DNA of 64,000 nt from Pyrinomonadaceae bacterium. GTDB taxonomy: Bacteria; Acidobacteriota; Blastocatellia; Pyrinomonadales; Pyrinomonadaceae. The first letter of the stretch is position 1. Each line of letters begins with the position of its first letter. The notes beneath the pieces were generated by a model. The model was given only the letters and a program-made list of their open reading frames with translations, searched no databases and was not told the origin of the DNA. Made by a program: the position numbers and the translations under genes. Shown here one piece after another: positions 40,459 to 50,085 of this stretch. The stretch covers positions 32,001-96,000 of the forward strand of contig JBKBYA010000006.1 of assembly GCA_046313635.1 (NCBI GenBank), given 5' to 3'.

Positions 40459-40581
40459 CGGATAGGCCGGACGTCTGACCGGTCAGATGCATTATAGACC
40501 CGAAAAAGATGCTGCCGCCCCCAAAACAGAAACGGCACGCCCCGAGCGGGTACGCGCCGTTGTCTCCGATAGCGCTCGAGG

Positions 40582-41832
40582 CTACTTGCCGGCCTGCTGG
40601 CTGCCCTGACCGACGACGTAGCTGTTCTTTGAACGGACGACGAGTCCCGGCCGGTTGACGCGGACCGAGATCCGACGTCGCTCGCCGGGCTGCCCTGCCT
40701 TTTCGGGGTAATAGCCGATCGAGTACTGCCGACGCAGCTCCTCGGCGATGCCTGAGAACGCCGCGTCGAGATTGGTCAGCGAGTCGGCCTCGAAGCCGCG
40801 CCCGCCGCTGTTGCGTGAGAGAGTCTCGAGATAACGCCGTCCGGTCTCGTACTCCTCGGACGAACTGCCCGCACGCCCGCCGCCGCCGGGCAGCTGTCCC
40901 GCGTTGATCACGCCCGCGAGGATATCCGCGATCGTGATCCGGCGCCGCTGCTGCGGGTAAGGTGACGGATAACCGCCGCCGCCCTGCGCCATCATCTCTC
41001 GAGAGGTGTCGTAACGGATGGTGTAAAAGAGAGCTTCGGACTCCTCGGACTCCGCGATCGTGCTGCCAAAGTCGGCCCTTCGCGACGTCGTGTCCACGCC
41101 GTCGGTAAAGAGAACGACCGCCTTGCGGCCCTGAATGTACCGCAGTTCTCTCTGTATGACATGATCTACCGCCTCGTACAGCGAAGTGCCGTCGCCGAAA
41201 CGTGCCCGGCGTATCGCCCGCTGAAGCTGATAGCGGTCGTTCGTCGGCCGGGCGAGCACATGGACCTTTTCGTCAAAGGCGATCACCATCACTCGGTCCT
41301 CAGCACGGAGCTGATCGACAAAGGTTATCGCCGCATTCTGAATGTCCTCGATCTGCCACTGCGTCGAAGGGCTCACGTCGATCATCAGGATAACCGTAAA
41401 AGGCTGCTCGACCGTCTGAAACTGCTCGATCCGCTGCTCGACGCCATTCTCAAAGATCTTAAAGTCCTGCTGACGCAGCCCGCTGACAAAACGGCCGTCG
41501 CGGTCGAGCACCGAGACCGGCATCGTCACGAGGTTTGTATCGACCCGAATGACCTCGTCGTCGTCATCGACAGGCGTCCCGACGGGCGGCGTCGGCGCCG
41601 CGACCGCCGGAGCGTCGGCGCCGTCGCGTCGCCGCAATACCGGCGGGCCGCCATTCGACGTCGTATTTGAACGGTCGGTCTGGCCGCCGAGCTGCGGCGC
41701 GGCGCCGGTCGACGGATAAGGCGTCGGCGTCGCGGTCGGGACCACGCGTGGACGGACGGAACGGTTGCTCTGCGCCAGTACACCCGCACTTAATGCGGCG
41801 AAAGCAACCAGGATTACAGCGATCCTTTTCAT
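40582..41832 (-). CDS. Secreted VWA-domain protein (tandem paralog)
   Basis: Signal peptide; VIRVDTNLVTMP; DVSPS; GTSLYEA; FTDGVD; QYSIGYYP. Confidence 0.9.
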   Translation of the reverse strand: MKRIAVILVAFAALSAGVLAQSNRSVRPRVVPTATPTPYPSTGAAPQLGGQTDRSNTTSNGGPPVLRRRDGADAPAVAAPTPPVGTPVDDDDEVIRVDTNLVTMPVSVLDRDGRFVSGLRQQDFKIFENGVEQRIEQFQTVEQPFTVILMIDVSPSTQWQIEDIQNAAITFVDQLRAEDRVMVIAFDEKVHVLARPTNDRYQLQRAIRRARFGDGTSLYEAVDHVIQRELRYIQGRKAVVLFTDGVDTTSRRADFGSTIAESEESEALFYTIRYDTSREMMAQGGGGYPSPYPQQRRRITIADILAGVINAGQLPGGGGRAGSSSEEYETGRRYLETLSRNSGGRGFEADSLTNLDAAFSGIAEELRRQYSIGYYPEKAGQPGERRRISVRVNRPGLVVRSKNSYVVGQGSQQAGK

Positions 41833-41912
41833 AACAACAGAATCTCCCGGGCGTATCTCGTCTCGAGCGGGGAAAGCTGTTGCGTTTGATTGAGGTCGCC
41901 TTTGCGGCGTTG

Positions 41913-43055
41913 CTACTTATTTGCGTCGAGGGCCTCGTTGGCGAGGTCGTGAAAGCGGCGGCGGACCGCGTTGATGTTGACGAAGGGCAGATCGTGAGCG
42001 TGCGTGCGATTGGTCAGCAGTATGAAGATGCGTTCGGTGACCGGATCGATCCACAAACTCGTCCCCGTAAATCCCAAATGCCCGAAAGCACTCGGCGACA
42101 TCCGCGAGCCCGCGGTCGAGCCCGGCGTCTCAGCAAGCTGAAAAGCTAGCGACCGGGCCTCGTTCATCCCTAGCGTGAAATTCGTGCGAAAAAGCTCGGT
42201 CGTCTCAGGCTTGAGCAAGGTCGTGTAGTTCGGCAAAAACTGCAGCGCGATCTTGAAGACCTCTTCCGCCGTCGAGAACAATCCCGCATGCCCCGCCGCG
42301 CCGCCCATAAACCACGCGTTCCCGTCGTGCACCTCGCCCCAAATAAGACGATCACGAAGCAAGTCAGAACCATCCGCGTGAGCGGGAGGGCTCTTCACGC
42401 CGTCATCATCTAAGTACCCGAGCTCTACACACGTCCGCCGCTCGTACTCGTTTCCCTTTTCACTCGCAGCGGTCCGAATTTTCAATTCCGCGGGCGGGTT
42501 GAACCAAGTATCCTTCAATCCGAGCGGCTCGACGATCTCTTTGCCCGCGACAACATCGATGCGGCAGCCGGCCGCCGCTTCGATCAAAAACATCAGCGCA
42601 ATGAAGTTGAGATCGCTGTACACCACGCGCGGCGTCACGGCCTCCGGCGCGATCTCGAGGAACTGGCCAAGGATCTCTCGGCGCTCCTTCACCAGCAGGT
42701 AGAATGGGCGCCATGCCGGCAGACCGGACGTATGAGTAAGAAGTGAGAGCGGTGAACGAAAATGAATGCCGTGGAAGTTCGGATGAGAATCCCGCAGATC
42801 GATCGCGATGCCGTCCTCGAGACCTTCCTCCCCAAACAGCTTTGCGTACAGGAGCCCCGTCACGAGCGGCTTGGTCAGACTCGCCAGATCGTAGATCGTA
42901 TCCGGCCTCGCCTCGATCCGCTCCGGCTCGACCACTGCGTATCCGAGCGCGTCCTGAAAAACGATCTCGCCTTTTTCGGCGACGAGATATACGGCCGAGG
43001 GAAAGTCGTTTGCGGCGATGCGTTCGGCGAGAAAGGCGGAGATCTTTTCGTTCAT
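41913..43055 (-). CDS. Serine hydrolase (beta-lactamase/AmiE-like family)
   Basis: YDLASLTK (SxxK), LLTHTSG, YSDLNF, GEVHDGNA, AGHAGLF and FGHLGFTGTS motifs; ATG 43055. Confidence 0.92.
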   Translation of the reverse strand: MNEKISAFLAERIAANDFPSAVYLVAEKGEIVFQDALGYAVVEPERIEARPDTIYDLASLTKPLVTGLLYAKLFGEEGLEDGIAIDLRDSHPNFHGIHFRSPLSLLTHTSGLPAWRPFYLLVKERREILGQFLEIAPEAVTPRVVYSDLNFIALMFLIEAAAGCRIDVVAGKEIVEPLGLKDTWFNPPAELKIRTAASEKGNEYERRTCVELGYLDDDGVKSPPAHADGSDLLRDRLIWGEVHDGNAWFMGGAAGHAGLFSTAEEVFKIALQFLPNYTTLLKPETTELFRTNFTLGMNEARSLAFQLAETPGSTAGSRMSPSAFGHLGFTGTSLWIDPVTERIFILLTNRTHAHDLPFVNINAVRRRFHDLANEALDANK

Positions 43056-43160
43056 CGGCGCGTATATGTTAACCGAGCGCGATGTCTTTGACACCCGGAC
43101 CCTGCGGGAATACACTTCCCTTCGCCGATCAAAACCCATTTGGAGGACCCCAAAATTCTT

Positions 43161-43607
43161 ATGAGCAAAGTAGAATCTGCAGAACTTATCCTGAAGCTTT
43201 ACGACCTCCGCCGCGAGGCCACGATGCGGCAGGCACGTAACTGGTTTTTTACGTTCAACCCGACGAGCGTCGAGGAGTTTGAAAAAACGATGATGGACCC
43301 CGAGGTCGGCGGCTACCTGCGAATGGTGACGTCGTACTGGGACATGGCCGCGGCCCTCGTCAACCATGGCGCGATCGACGCCGAGATGTTCAACGACACG
43401 GTCGGCGAGCACATCGGCGTATTTGCCAAGATCGAGCCGTTCCTTGCGGAGCTTCGCGAGCGCTGGCAGATGCCCGACGCATTCAAGCATCTCGAAAAGG
43501 TCATCTACGACAAGCCGAACGGCAAAGAGCAGCTCGAGCGCACCCGCGAATGGATGCGATCGATCCAGCAGCAGATGGCAGGTCAAGCAAGCGAAGCCAG
43601 CGCGTAA
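43161..43607 (+). CDS. Conserved hypothetical protein (DUF4760-like)
   Basis: AELILKLYDLRRE...ARNWF...YLRMVTSYWDMAAALV; strong codon bias; terminator follows. Confidence 0.75.
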   Translation: MSKVESAELILKLYDLRREATMRQARNWFFTFNPTSVEEFEKTMMDPEVGGYLRMVTSYWDMAAALVNHGAIDAEMFNDTVGEHIGVFAKIEPFLAELRERWQMPDAFKHLEKVIYDKPNGKEQLERTREWMRSIQQQMAGQASEASA

Positions 43608-43631
43608 ACACGATCGATGTCGCAAACAGCG

Positions 43632-43659
43632 AGGCTGCCTCTAGAGGCAGCCTTTTTTT
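43632..43659 (+). terminator. Intrinsic terminator
   Basis: AGGCTGCCTC-ta-GAGGCAGCCT followed by a T run. Confidence 0.85.
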
Positions 43660-43719
43660 CTCTCGTTTCCGTCAGACCTCCTTCTCGTTTTTTTTCGGTG
43701 CGGTCCGCTTCCTCTTAGC

Positions 43720-43869
43720 GTAGCCCCGCCGTTCACGGCGGGGTCAAGGCAGGCAGAAATATCAAAGGGCGTTTTAACGCCCTTTAGGTCTCGTCGTTCG
43801 GTAGGCCCGTTAAAACGGGCTGCGACTCCGTGTACGGCCTTGACCACGCCCTGAAGGGGCGTGGCGATG
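43720..43869. repeat. GTAG-type REP doublet (REPIN-like) with two inner hairpins
   Basis: GTAG-CCCCGCCG-ttca-CGGCGGGG-TCAAGG; inverted partner CCTTGA-CCACGCCC-tgaag-GGGCGTGG-CGAT; inner hairpins AAAGGGCGTT/AACGCCCTTT and GCCCGTT/AACGGGC. Confidence 0.85.
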
Positions 43870-43882
43870 TCCCAGAAACAAA

Positions 43883-44902
43883 TCAAAAATTACTCGCCCC
43901 TCCGATGGCGAGTTTCTTCACGTGCTCCTCGATCCGCTCGAGCACTCCGACGGCGAGAGCGAGCGCTCGGCGGCCGTCTTCGCCCGTGACGGGCGGCTCC
44001 GACCCCGATTCGATCGCGTCGAGAAATGCCGTGATCTCCGCACGCAGCGGCTCGACGTCGTCGATCTGGAGACGGTTGATCGAGATGCCGAGCAGAGGGT
44101 TGTCGGCGTTCGGTGCAAGCGATGTGAGCGAGGCGAACTTGGTCGCGTAGTCGAGCACGACGTACGCGTTGGTCTGGTAAAAGCGCGTCTTGCGGATCTT
44201 TTCGGTGCCGATGCGCGAGGCAGTGATGTTGGCAACGGCGCCGTTCTCAAATTCGATCCGCGCGTTCGCTGCATCGACCTTGTCCGAGATCACGGGAATG
44301 CCGACGGCACGGATCTCCGACACTTTTACATCTTCACCGACGAGCCACTGCACGGCGTCGAGATCGTGGATCATCACGTCGAGCACGACGTCGACGTCGA
44401 GCGAGCGATTCGGAAAGGGCGAAACGCGGTGGATCTCGAAATACAGCGGCCGCGTCACGTGCGGCCTGAGCGCGACCATCGCCGGATTGAAGCGCTCAAG
44501 CTGCCCCACCATCAACTTTGCTCCCGAGCCTTTCGCGGCCGCGATCATCCTGTCCGCCTCGTCGAGCGTGATCGCGATCGGCTTCTCGACGAGCACGTGC
44601 ACGCCCTTTTGCAAAAAGGCGCAGGCGATCTCGCAGTGCGTCTCGGTCGGCGTCGCGATCGAGACGACGTCCGTTTTGTCGATCAGCTCGCGCCAATCCG
44701 TAAACGACGCGGTCGAATGTTCGCCGGCGATCTTTTGCGCGGTCTCGGTGCTTGAGTCGCACACGCCGACAAACTCTACCCGGCGCTCGCCCGCAAGCTC
44801 GGCATAGTTGCGTGCATGATGACGCCCGAGGCTGCCGACGCCGATCGCGGCGGCGCGGAGCGGATGGCGGGTTGCGGATTTCGGATCGCGGATCTCAGAC
44901 AT
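43883..44902 (-). CDS. Gfo/Idh/MocA family oxidoreductase (GnnA-like)
   Basis: IGVGSLGRHHAR, HVLVEKPI, ERFNPA, DVVLDVMIHDLD and ANITASR motifs. Confidence 0.92.
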   Translation of the reverse strand: MSEIRDPKSATRHPLRAAAIGVGSLGRHHARNYAELAGERRVEFVGVCDSSTETAQKIAGEHSTASFTDWRELIDKTDVVSIATPTETHCEIACAFLQKGVHVLVEKPIAITLDEADRMIAAAKGSGAKLMVGQLERFNPAMVALRPHVTRPLYFEIHRVSPFPNRSLDVDVVLDVMIHDLDAVQWLVGEDVKVSEIRAVGIPVISDKVDAANARIEFENGAVANITASRIGTEKIRKTRFYQTNAYVVLDYATKFASLTSLAPNADNPLLGISINRLQIDDVEPLRAEITAFLDAIESGSEPPVTGEDGRRALALAVGVLERIEEHVKKLAIGGASNF

Positions 44903-44966
44903 TTCTAGTGTTTGAAAGGTACGTTAAAGTCGGCAATACTTTACATTCTCTGCAAAGTCACGCCGG

Positions 44967-46496
44967 ATGACAAAACAACAATCCGAAAACCGCAATTCGC
45001 AATCGGCGATCGTCTGGCTCGTGCTCGCCGCGCTGACGGTCTTTACGTACTTCTTCGGCCTCAGCATTCCGCTCGTCGGGCCCGACGAGCCGCGATATGC
45101 GCAGGTCGCGCGCGAGATGTTCGAGCGAGGCGATTGGGTCACGCCGACGCTCGGCGGGCACACTTGGTTTGAAAAGCCGGCGCTTCTTTACTGGCTCGAG
45201 ATCGCGTCGTACCACGTCTTTGGCGTGAACGAATTTGCCGCGCGGTTCGGCTCGGCGCTGTTTGGTCTCTGCACCGTTATTTGTCTCTGGCTGATCGGCC
45301 GGCGCGTCGCCGGCAGCGGCCGAGACGGCGTCGCTCCGTTCTCAAATTGGCTCGCTCTCGCCGCGGCGACGTCGATCGGGATGATCGTCTTTTCGCGCGG
45401 CGCGAGCTTTGACATCATCCTCACTTTCCCGATCACGGCGGCGTTGACGGCTTTCTTCTATTTCGATCGCGGCGGCAAGATGCCCGGCACGCACGGTTCG
45501 ACACTGCCGCTCGCGCTCTTTTACTTTTTCACCGGCGTCGCGGTCATCGCCAAGGGGCTGGTCGGCATCGTCTTTCCGTACGCGATCGTCGCGTTCTATT
45601 TCGTGCTCGGGCGCCGAATGCCGTCGCGCAGGCTCATTTTGAGTTTTGTGTGGGGCACGCTGCTCGCCGCGGCGGTCGCCGGCATCTGGTATGTGCCGGT
45701 GTATCTCGCGAACGGCTGGAGCTTTGTCGACGAGTTCATCATCCAGCATCACTTTCAGCGGTACCTGACGAACAAATACTTTCACCCGCAGCCGTTCTAT
45801 TTTTTCCTTTGGGTCTTGCCGCTGATGACGATCCCTTGGCTGCCGTTCTTTTTTGTCGGCGCCTGGCGTGCCGGCAAGGCATTGTTCAACTGTCTCATGC
45901 GGCGCGGCGCGGCGGCACGGCCGGAGCCGCTTCTGACATTTGCGGCCGCATGGCTTTTGGTGCCGCTCGTATTCTTTTCTTTCTCGGGTTCGAAGCTGCC
46001 CGGCTACATAATGCCCGCGGTGCCGCCCGCGATCATCGTTGCCGCTTTTGCGATCGAGCGGTTTGTCGGATCGAGTCTTCGCCGCGCCGCCATGGTCCAG
46101 GGCGCGGCGGCCGCGACGCTCGTGACGGTCGTCGCGCTTTTGATTTTTGTCGTGCCGTTATTTGCTGACGGCGACTCGGTCAAGCGAATGATCGCCGAGG
46201 CCGACGCGCGCGGCTACCGCGACAGCAGGGTCGTGTGCATGCATCACCTCGTTCACAACGCAGAGTTCTACGCCGCGGGCAGGATGGTCCGGAACGAGGA
46301 CGGAGATCTCGCAAAGCTGCTCGGTCCGGGCGAGGTGCTGCGTGAGACCCGACGCGGGCAAGGCCGTACGGTGCTTGTGCTCGTGCCGAAGGAATACGAA
46401 AGAACGCTCACCGGAGCGCCGTATCTAACGGCTGAGAAGATCGCTGAAAACAGCGAGACCTCCTTGGTGGCCGTCCGCGAAAATGGCGGCCGTTAA
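44967..46496 (+). CDS. ArnT/PMT-family (GT-C) membrane glycosyltransferase
   Basis: PDEPRYAQVAREM, WFEKPALLYW, AKG and FFSFSGSKLPGYIMP motifs; multi-TM. Confidence 0.92.
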   Translation: MTKQQSENRNSQSAIVWLVLAALTVFTYFFGLSIPLVGPDEPRYAQVAREMFERGDWVTPTLGGHTWFEKPALLYWLEIASYHVFGVNEFAARFGSALFGLCTVICLWLIGRRVAGSGRDGVAPFSNWLALAAATSIGMIVFSRGASFDIILTFPITAALTAFFYFDRGGKMPGTHGSTLPLALFYFFTGVAVIAKGLVGIVFPYAIVAFYFVLGRRMPSRRLILSFVWGTLLAAAVAGIWYVPVYLANGWSFVDEFIIQHHFQRYLTNKYFHPQPFYFFLWVLPLMTIPWLPFFFVGAWRAGKALFNCLMRRGAAARPEPLLTFAAAWLLVPLVFFSFSGSKLPGYIMPAVPPAIIVAAFAIERFVGSSLRRAAMVQGAAAATLVTVVALLIFVVPLFADGDSVKRMIAEADARGYRDSRVVCMHHLVHNAEFYAAGRMVRNEDGDLAKLLGPGEVLRETRRGQGRTVLVLVPKEYERTLTGAPYLTAEKIAENSETSLVAVRENGGR

Positions 46497-47443
46497 CCCA
46501 CCGCCGCCCGCCGCAAACGGTCCATCAACGCTCGGCCGATCCCGCTCTCGTCGACGCTCTCGCAGTAGATCTCGGCAATCCCGGCGGCGTCGCATTCTCT
46601 GAAAAAAGAAAAGAGCCGCCTCGCATACTCGTCAACATCTCGCGCGACCACGGCCCTCCGAAAGCTCGCCGTCGGCTTTGTCACGCCGATATACGCTGCG
46701 TCCAGCGGCGTCGGCGGGTCGACAGCAGCGTCGCACAGATGCACGCGCGCTCGCGGCGAGTAGTGCCTGTGCTTTAGGCCAGGACTGCGAACGGGCGCGT
46801 CGACGGCCGACGGGTCGTAGATCCGTATCGAGGGCACGACCTCGGCCAGCTGCTCGAGCGAGATCGCTCCTGTCCGCAGCATCACGGGAGCGTCATCGAT
46901 CGAGCAGTCGACGACGGTCGACTCGAGACCGATCTCGGTCGCCTCGCCCTGCAGTATGCAGTCGATGCGCCCGTCGAGGTCCTCGAGCACGGCCTGCCAC
47001 GTCGTCGGGCTCGGGCGGCCCGAGAGATTTGCCGAAGGCGCGGCCACGGGCGTCGCCGCCGCTGTCAAGAAAAGTCGTGCAAGATCGTGCCTCGGCATTC
47101 GCACGCCGATCGTATCGAGCCCGGCGGTCGCGACATCGGGAACGTTCGCGGCCCGCGGCAGAACAAGCGTCAGCGGCCCCGGAAAAAACCGCTCGATAAG
47201 CCGCTCAGCGTCACGAGAGAGCTCTCGCGCGAGCAGCGGTATCTGATCGACCGCTCCGACGTGTGCGATCAGCGGATTGTCCGCCGGGCGCCGCTTTGCC
47301 TCGAAGATGCGCTCGACGGCCGCGGCGTCAAAGACGTCTGCGCCGAGGCCGTAAACGGTCTCGGTCGGAAACGCGGCGAGCCTGCCCGAGCGTATGAACT
47401 CGGCGGCTTCCGCGGGTGATGTCGTCAATATCGTGCGCGGCAC
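46493..47443 (-). CDS. sua5: L-threonylcarbamoyladenylate synthase (Sua5 type)
   Basis: FPTETVYGLGAD, KRRPADNPLIAH, APSANLSG, GLESTVVD and SPG...RHYSP, plus a C-terminal SUA5 domain. Confidence 0.95.
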   Translation of the reverse strand: MPRTILTTSPAEAAEFIRSGRLAAFPTETVYGLGADVFDAAAVERIFEAKRRPADNPLIAHVGAVDQIPLLARELSRDAERLIERFFPGPLTLVLPRAANVPDVATAGLDTIGVRMPRHDLARLFLTAAATPVAAPSANLSGRPSPTTWQAVLEDLDGRIDCILQGEATEIGLESTVVDCSIDDAPVMLRTGAISLEQLAEVVPSIRIYDPSAVDAPVRSPGLKHRHYSPRARVHLCDAAVDPPTPLDAAYIGVTKPTASFRRAVVARDVDEYARRLFSFFRECDAAGIAEIYCESVDESGIGRALMDRLRRAAVG

Positions 47444-47529
47444 ACGAGCATCTTACGCATTCGATATCACGTAAACAAAAAGCCGCTCACAACGTCGAGC
47501 GGCCAAAACGAATTCGAGTGCCAAGCGGA

Positions 47530-47802
47530 CTATCCCTCGGCCTCGCGGCTGATCGCGGCATCGCCGCCTACACGGGCGGCGGCACGCGCAAGGAGCAGCA
47601 GCACGACAACGGCGAGGATCGTGGCGGCGATGGCGTAGGTGTAGAGTCCGGCAAGGCTGTCGTCTGCATTCAGGACCTGCTTCAACGTCTCTTTGATCGC
47701 ATCGTTCCACGCGAGAGCGCATACGAGACCGAGCGCGGCCGAGGCAAGGGTGATCATTGACTGGACTACGGCGCGCGCCTGTTCGGTTGATCTGTGAGCC
47801 AT
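47530..47802 (-). CDS. Small membrane protein (DUF5654-like)
   Basis: AALGLVCALAWNDAIK...YA...TILAV; AAGGAG RBS. Confidence 0.8.
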   Translation of the reverse strand: MAHRSTEQARAVVQSMITLASAALGLVCALAWNDAIKETLKQVLNADDSLAGLYTYAIAATILAVVVLLLLARAAARVGGDAAISREAEG

Positions 47803-47950
47803 ACTTGTTTTCTCCTTTGTCGTATTTGCGGATGGAATTACGACTTCTCTTTAGCCGAATTCCGGTACGGGTGTCAAACGTCCGCCAGCACCGGCCGTTG
47901 CCGTGTGCGGCTCTATTCCCCTGCCCCGCGCGTTACGTTAAACTTTTTGT

Positions 47951-49795
47951 ATGACCATCGCCGAGAAGCTGAAGATGCTTCCGACCGCCGCCGGCATTTA
48001 TCTGCACAAGAATGCCGACGGCCGGATCATCTATGTCGGCAAGGCCAAGAATCTGCGCAATCGCGTCAGAAGCTACTTCCAGTCGAGCCGCACTATGGAC
48101 CCCAAGACGCGGCGGCTCGTCAAGCTGATCGCCGATTTTGAGTTCATCGTCGTCGACAACGAGGTCGAGGCGCTCGCCCTCGAGTCGAACCTGATCAAAA
48201 AGCACAAGCCGCGCTTCAACGTACTGCTCAAGGACGACAAACAGTACCCGCACCTCAAGCTCACCAACGAGCCTTATCCGAAGGTCGTCATCACCCGAAA
48301 GATCGTGCGCGACGGCTCGAGCTACTTTGGCCCGTTTCTGCCGGCGGCTCTCGCGCGCAAGACGCTCGATCTGATAAACCGTGCGTTCCAGCTTCGCACG
48401 TGCGAGATCGAGATCGACGGCAAGCTGCCGCGGCCATGTCTCGAGTATCACCTCAAACGCTGCCTCGGCCCGTGCGTCAAGGGTCTCTGCACGCAGGACG
48501 AATATCAGGAGGCCGCCCGCGACGTAAAGCTGCTGCTCGAGGGCCGCAATAAAGAGCTCGCCCGCGAGCTCGAGCAGCGAATGTGGCGCTTTGCCGAAGA
48601 GGACAAATTCGAGCTCGCCGCCAAGTACCGCGATCTGCACCGCACCGTGCTCGCGCTCGGCGAGCAGCAAAAGATGGCGACGACCGCCGATCTCGACATC
48701 GACATCTTCGGCTACTATCGCGAAGGGCCGCGGCTCGCTCTGCAGCTCTTTACGATGCGCGAGGGCCGCATCGTCGGCCGGCGAGAATTCTTTTGGGAAG
48801 ACCTGCCCGAGGACGGCGAATTTGACGCGTCGGAGTTTCTCGGCGAGGTGCTCGCGCAGTACTACACGACCGACTACGTGCCGCTCGAGATACACGTGCC
48901 GAACGACTTTGAGGACCGGCCCATCCTCGAGCAGGCGCTCACGCAGCGACGCGGCCGCAAGGTCCGCATCTACGACCCGAAGCGCGGCAAAAAGCGCGAC
49001 CTTGTCGAGCTCGTCACGACCAACGCAAAGATCGCATTCGAGCAGCGCTTTCGCGTGCTCAAGCCCGACAGCGAGCGCGTGCTGCAGGACCTCGAGGAGC
49101 TGCTCGAGCTCTCGCACTTTCCGCAGCGGATCGAGTCGTTCGACATCTCGAACATTCAGGGCGCCGAGAACGTCGCCGGCATCGTCGTCTTTGAGAACGG
49201 CAAGCCGGCACGCGCAGAATATCGCCGCTACATCATCAAGAGCGTCGAGGGAGCGAACGATTTTGCCTCGATGCACGAGGCCGTCTTTCGCCGCTACAAG
49301 CGCCAGCTCGCCGAGGAGAAGCCGCTGCCTCAGGTCGTCTTTATCGACGGCGGCAAGGGCCAGCTCTCGGCCGCCGCGGCCGCGATGCGCGAGCTCGACC
49401 TCGAGGCGATCACGCTCGTCGGCCTCGTCAAGCCGCCGAAGCGTCATAACGAGATCTCGCACCTGCTCGTCTTTGGCCGCGAAGACGCGCCGATACCTTT
49501 CGACCGCAACTCGCTCGCGTTCCGGCTGATCCTGCAGATCCGCGAGGAGACGCACAAGACCGCCGTCCAATATCACCGCAAGCGGCGGGAGATGCGCGAC
49601 TTTACATCCGAACTCTCAGAGATACCCGGCGTCGGCGAGCGGCGAAAGATGAAACTCCTGCGCAGCTTCGGCTCGATCGAGCGCATCGCCAAGGCCAGCA
49701 TCGAAGAGCTTGCTCCCTTCGTCGGGCCAAAGACGGCCGCCGAGATCGCGGCGCACTTCCAGCGTCAGCGCGAGGCCGCCGCGAGGACGGCGTGA
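47951..49795 (+). CDS. uvrC: Excinuclease ABC subunit C
   Basis: GIY-YIG domain (GIYLH...IYVGKAKNLRNRVRSYF), RIESFDIS, IDGGKGQ and C-terminal HhH. Confidence 0.98.
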   Translation: MTIAEKLKMLPTAAGIYLHKNADGRIIYVGKAKNLRNRVRSYFQSSRTMDPKTRRLVKLIADFEFIVVDNEVEALALESNLIKKHKPRFNVLLKDDKQYPHLKLTNEPYPKVVITRKIVRDGSSYFGPFLPAALARKTLDLINRAFQLRTCEIEIDGKLPRPCLEYHLKRCLGPCVKGLCTQDEYQEAARDVKLLLEGRNKELARELEQRMWRFAEEDKFELAAKYRDLHRTVLALGEQQKMATTADLDIDIFGYYREGPRLALQLFTMREGRIVGRREFFWEDLPEDGEFDASEFLGEVLAQYYTTDYVPLEIHVPNDFEDRPILEQALTQRRGRKVRIYDPKRGKKRDLVELVTTNAKIAFEQRFRVLKPDSERVLQDLEELLELSHFPQRIESFDISNIQGAENVAGIVVFENGKPARAEYRRYIIKSVEGANDFASMHEAVFRRYKRQLAEEKPLPQVVFIDGGKGQLSAAAAAMRELDLEAITLVGLVKPPKRHNEISHLLVFGREDAPIPFDRNSLAFRLILQIREETHKTAVQYHRKRREMRDFTSELSEIPGVGERRKMKLLRSFGSIERIAKASIEELAPFVGPKTAAEIAAHFQRQREAAARTA

Positions 49796-50085
49796 GCCAA
49801 ACTGCCGCCGCCTGCCGCGCCGCTCAAGTACCGCTCTTCATCCATAAATTTGAATTTCTCTGCTGATATTCGTAGCCGGCCGCCCGCCGCCCTCCGATAA
49901 ATGACGATCTCGAATAATAAATATCAGGGCTCCCAATAATTGCTCCGTACGGAATATCAGTTGCCTCGCTGAGTTTGTCACGTCACCACAAAAGCTCGAG
50001 ACGCTTCATGCTCGACCGGTCACGACCACCACTATGCTCGGTTCCGGTCCAGGCAAGTCCCATAAATTCAAAACGGAGGATTCTG

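Noticed and set aside
43056..43625. N-terminal extension of the 570-aa serine hydrolase ORF
   Set aside because: It overlaps a convincing plus-strand gene (43161-43607), and the hydrolase-like sequence begins at ATG 43055.
47933..49576. 547-aa antisense ORF over uvrC, and similar long antisense ORFs over lon, the TonB receptors and the FG-GAP genes
   Set aside because: These are shadow frames expected from GC-rich codon bias, with no recognisable motifs.
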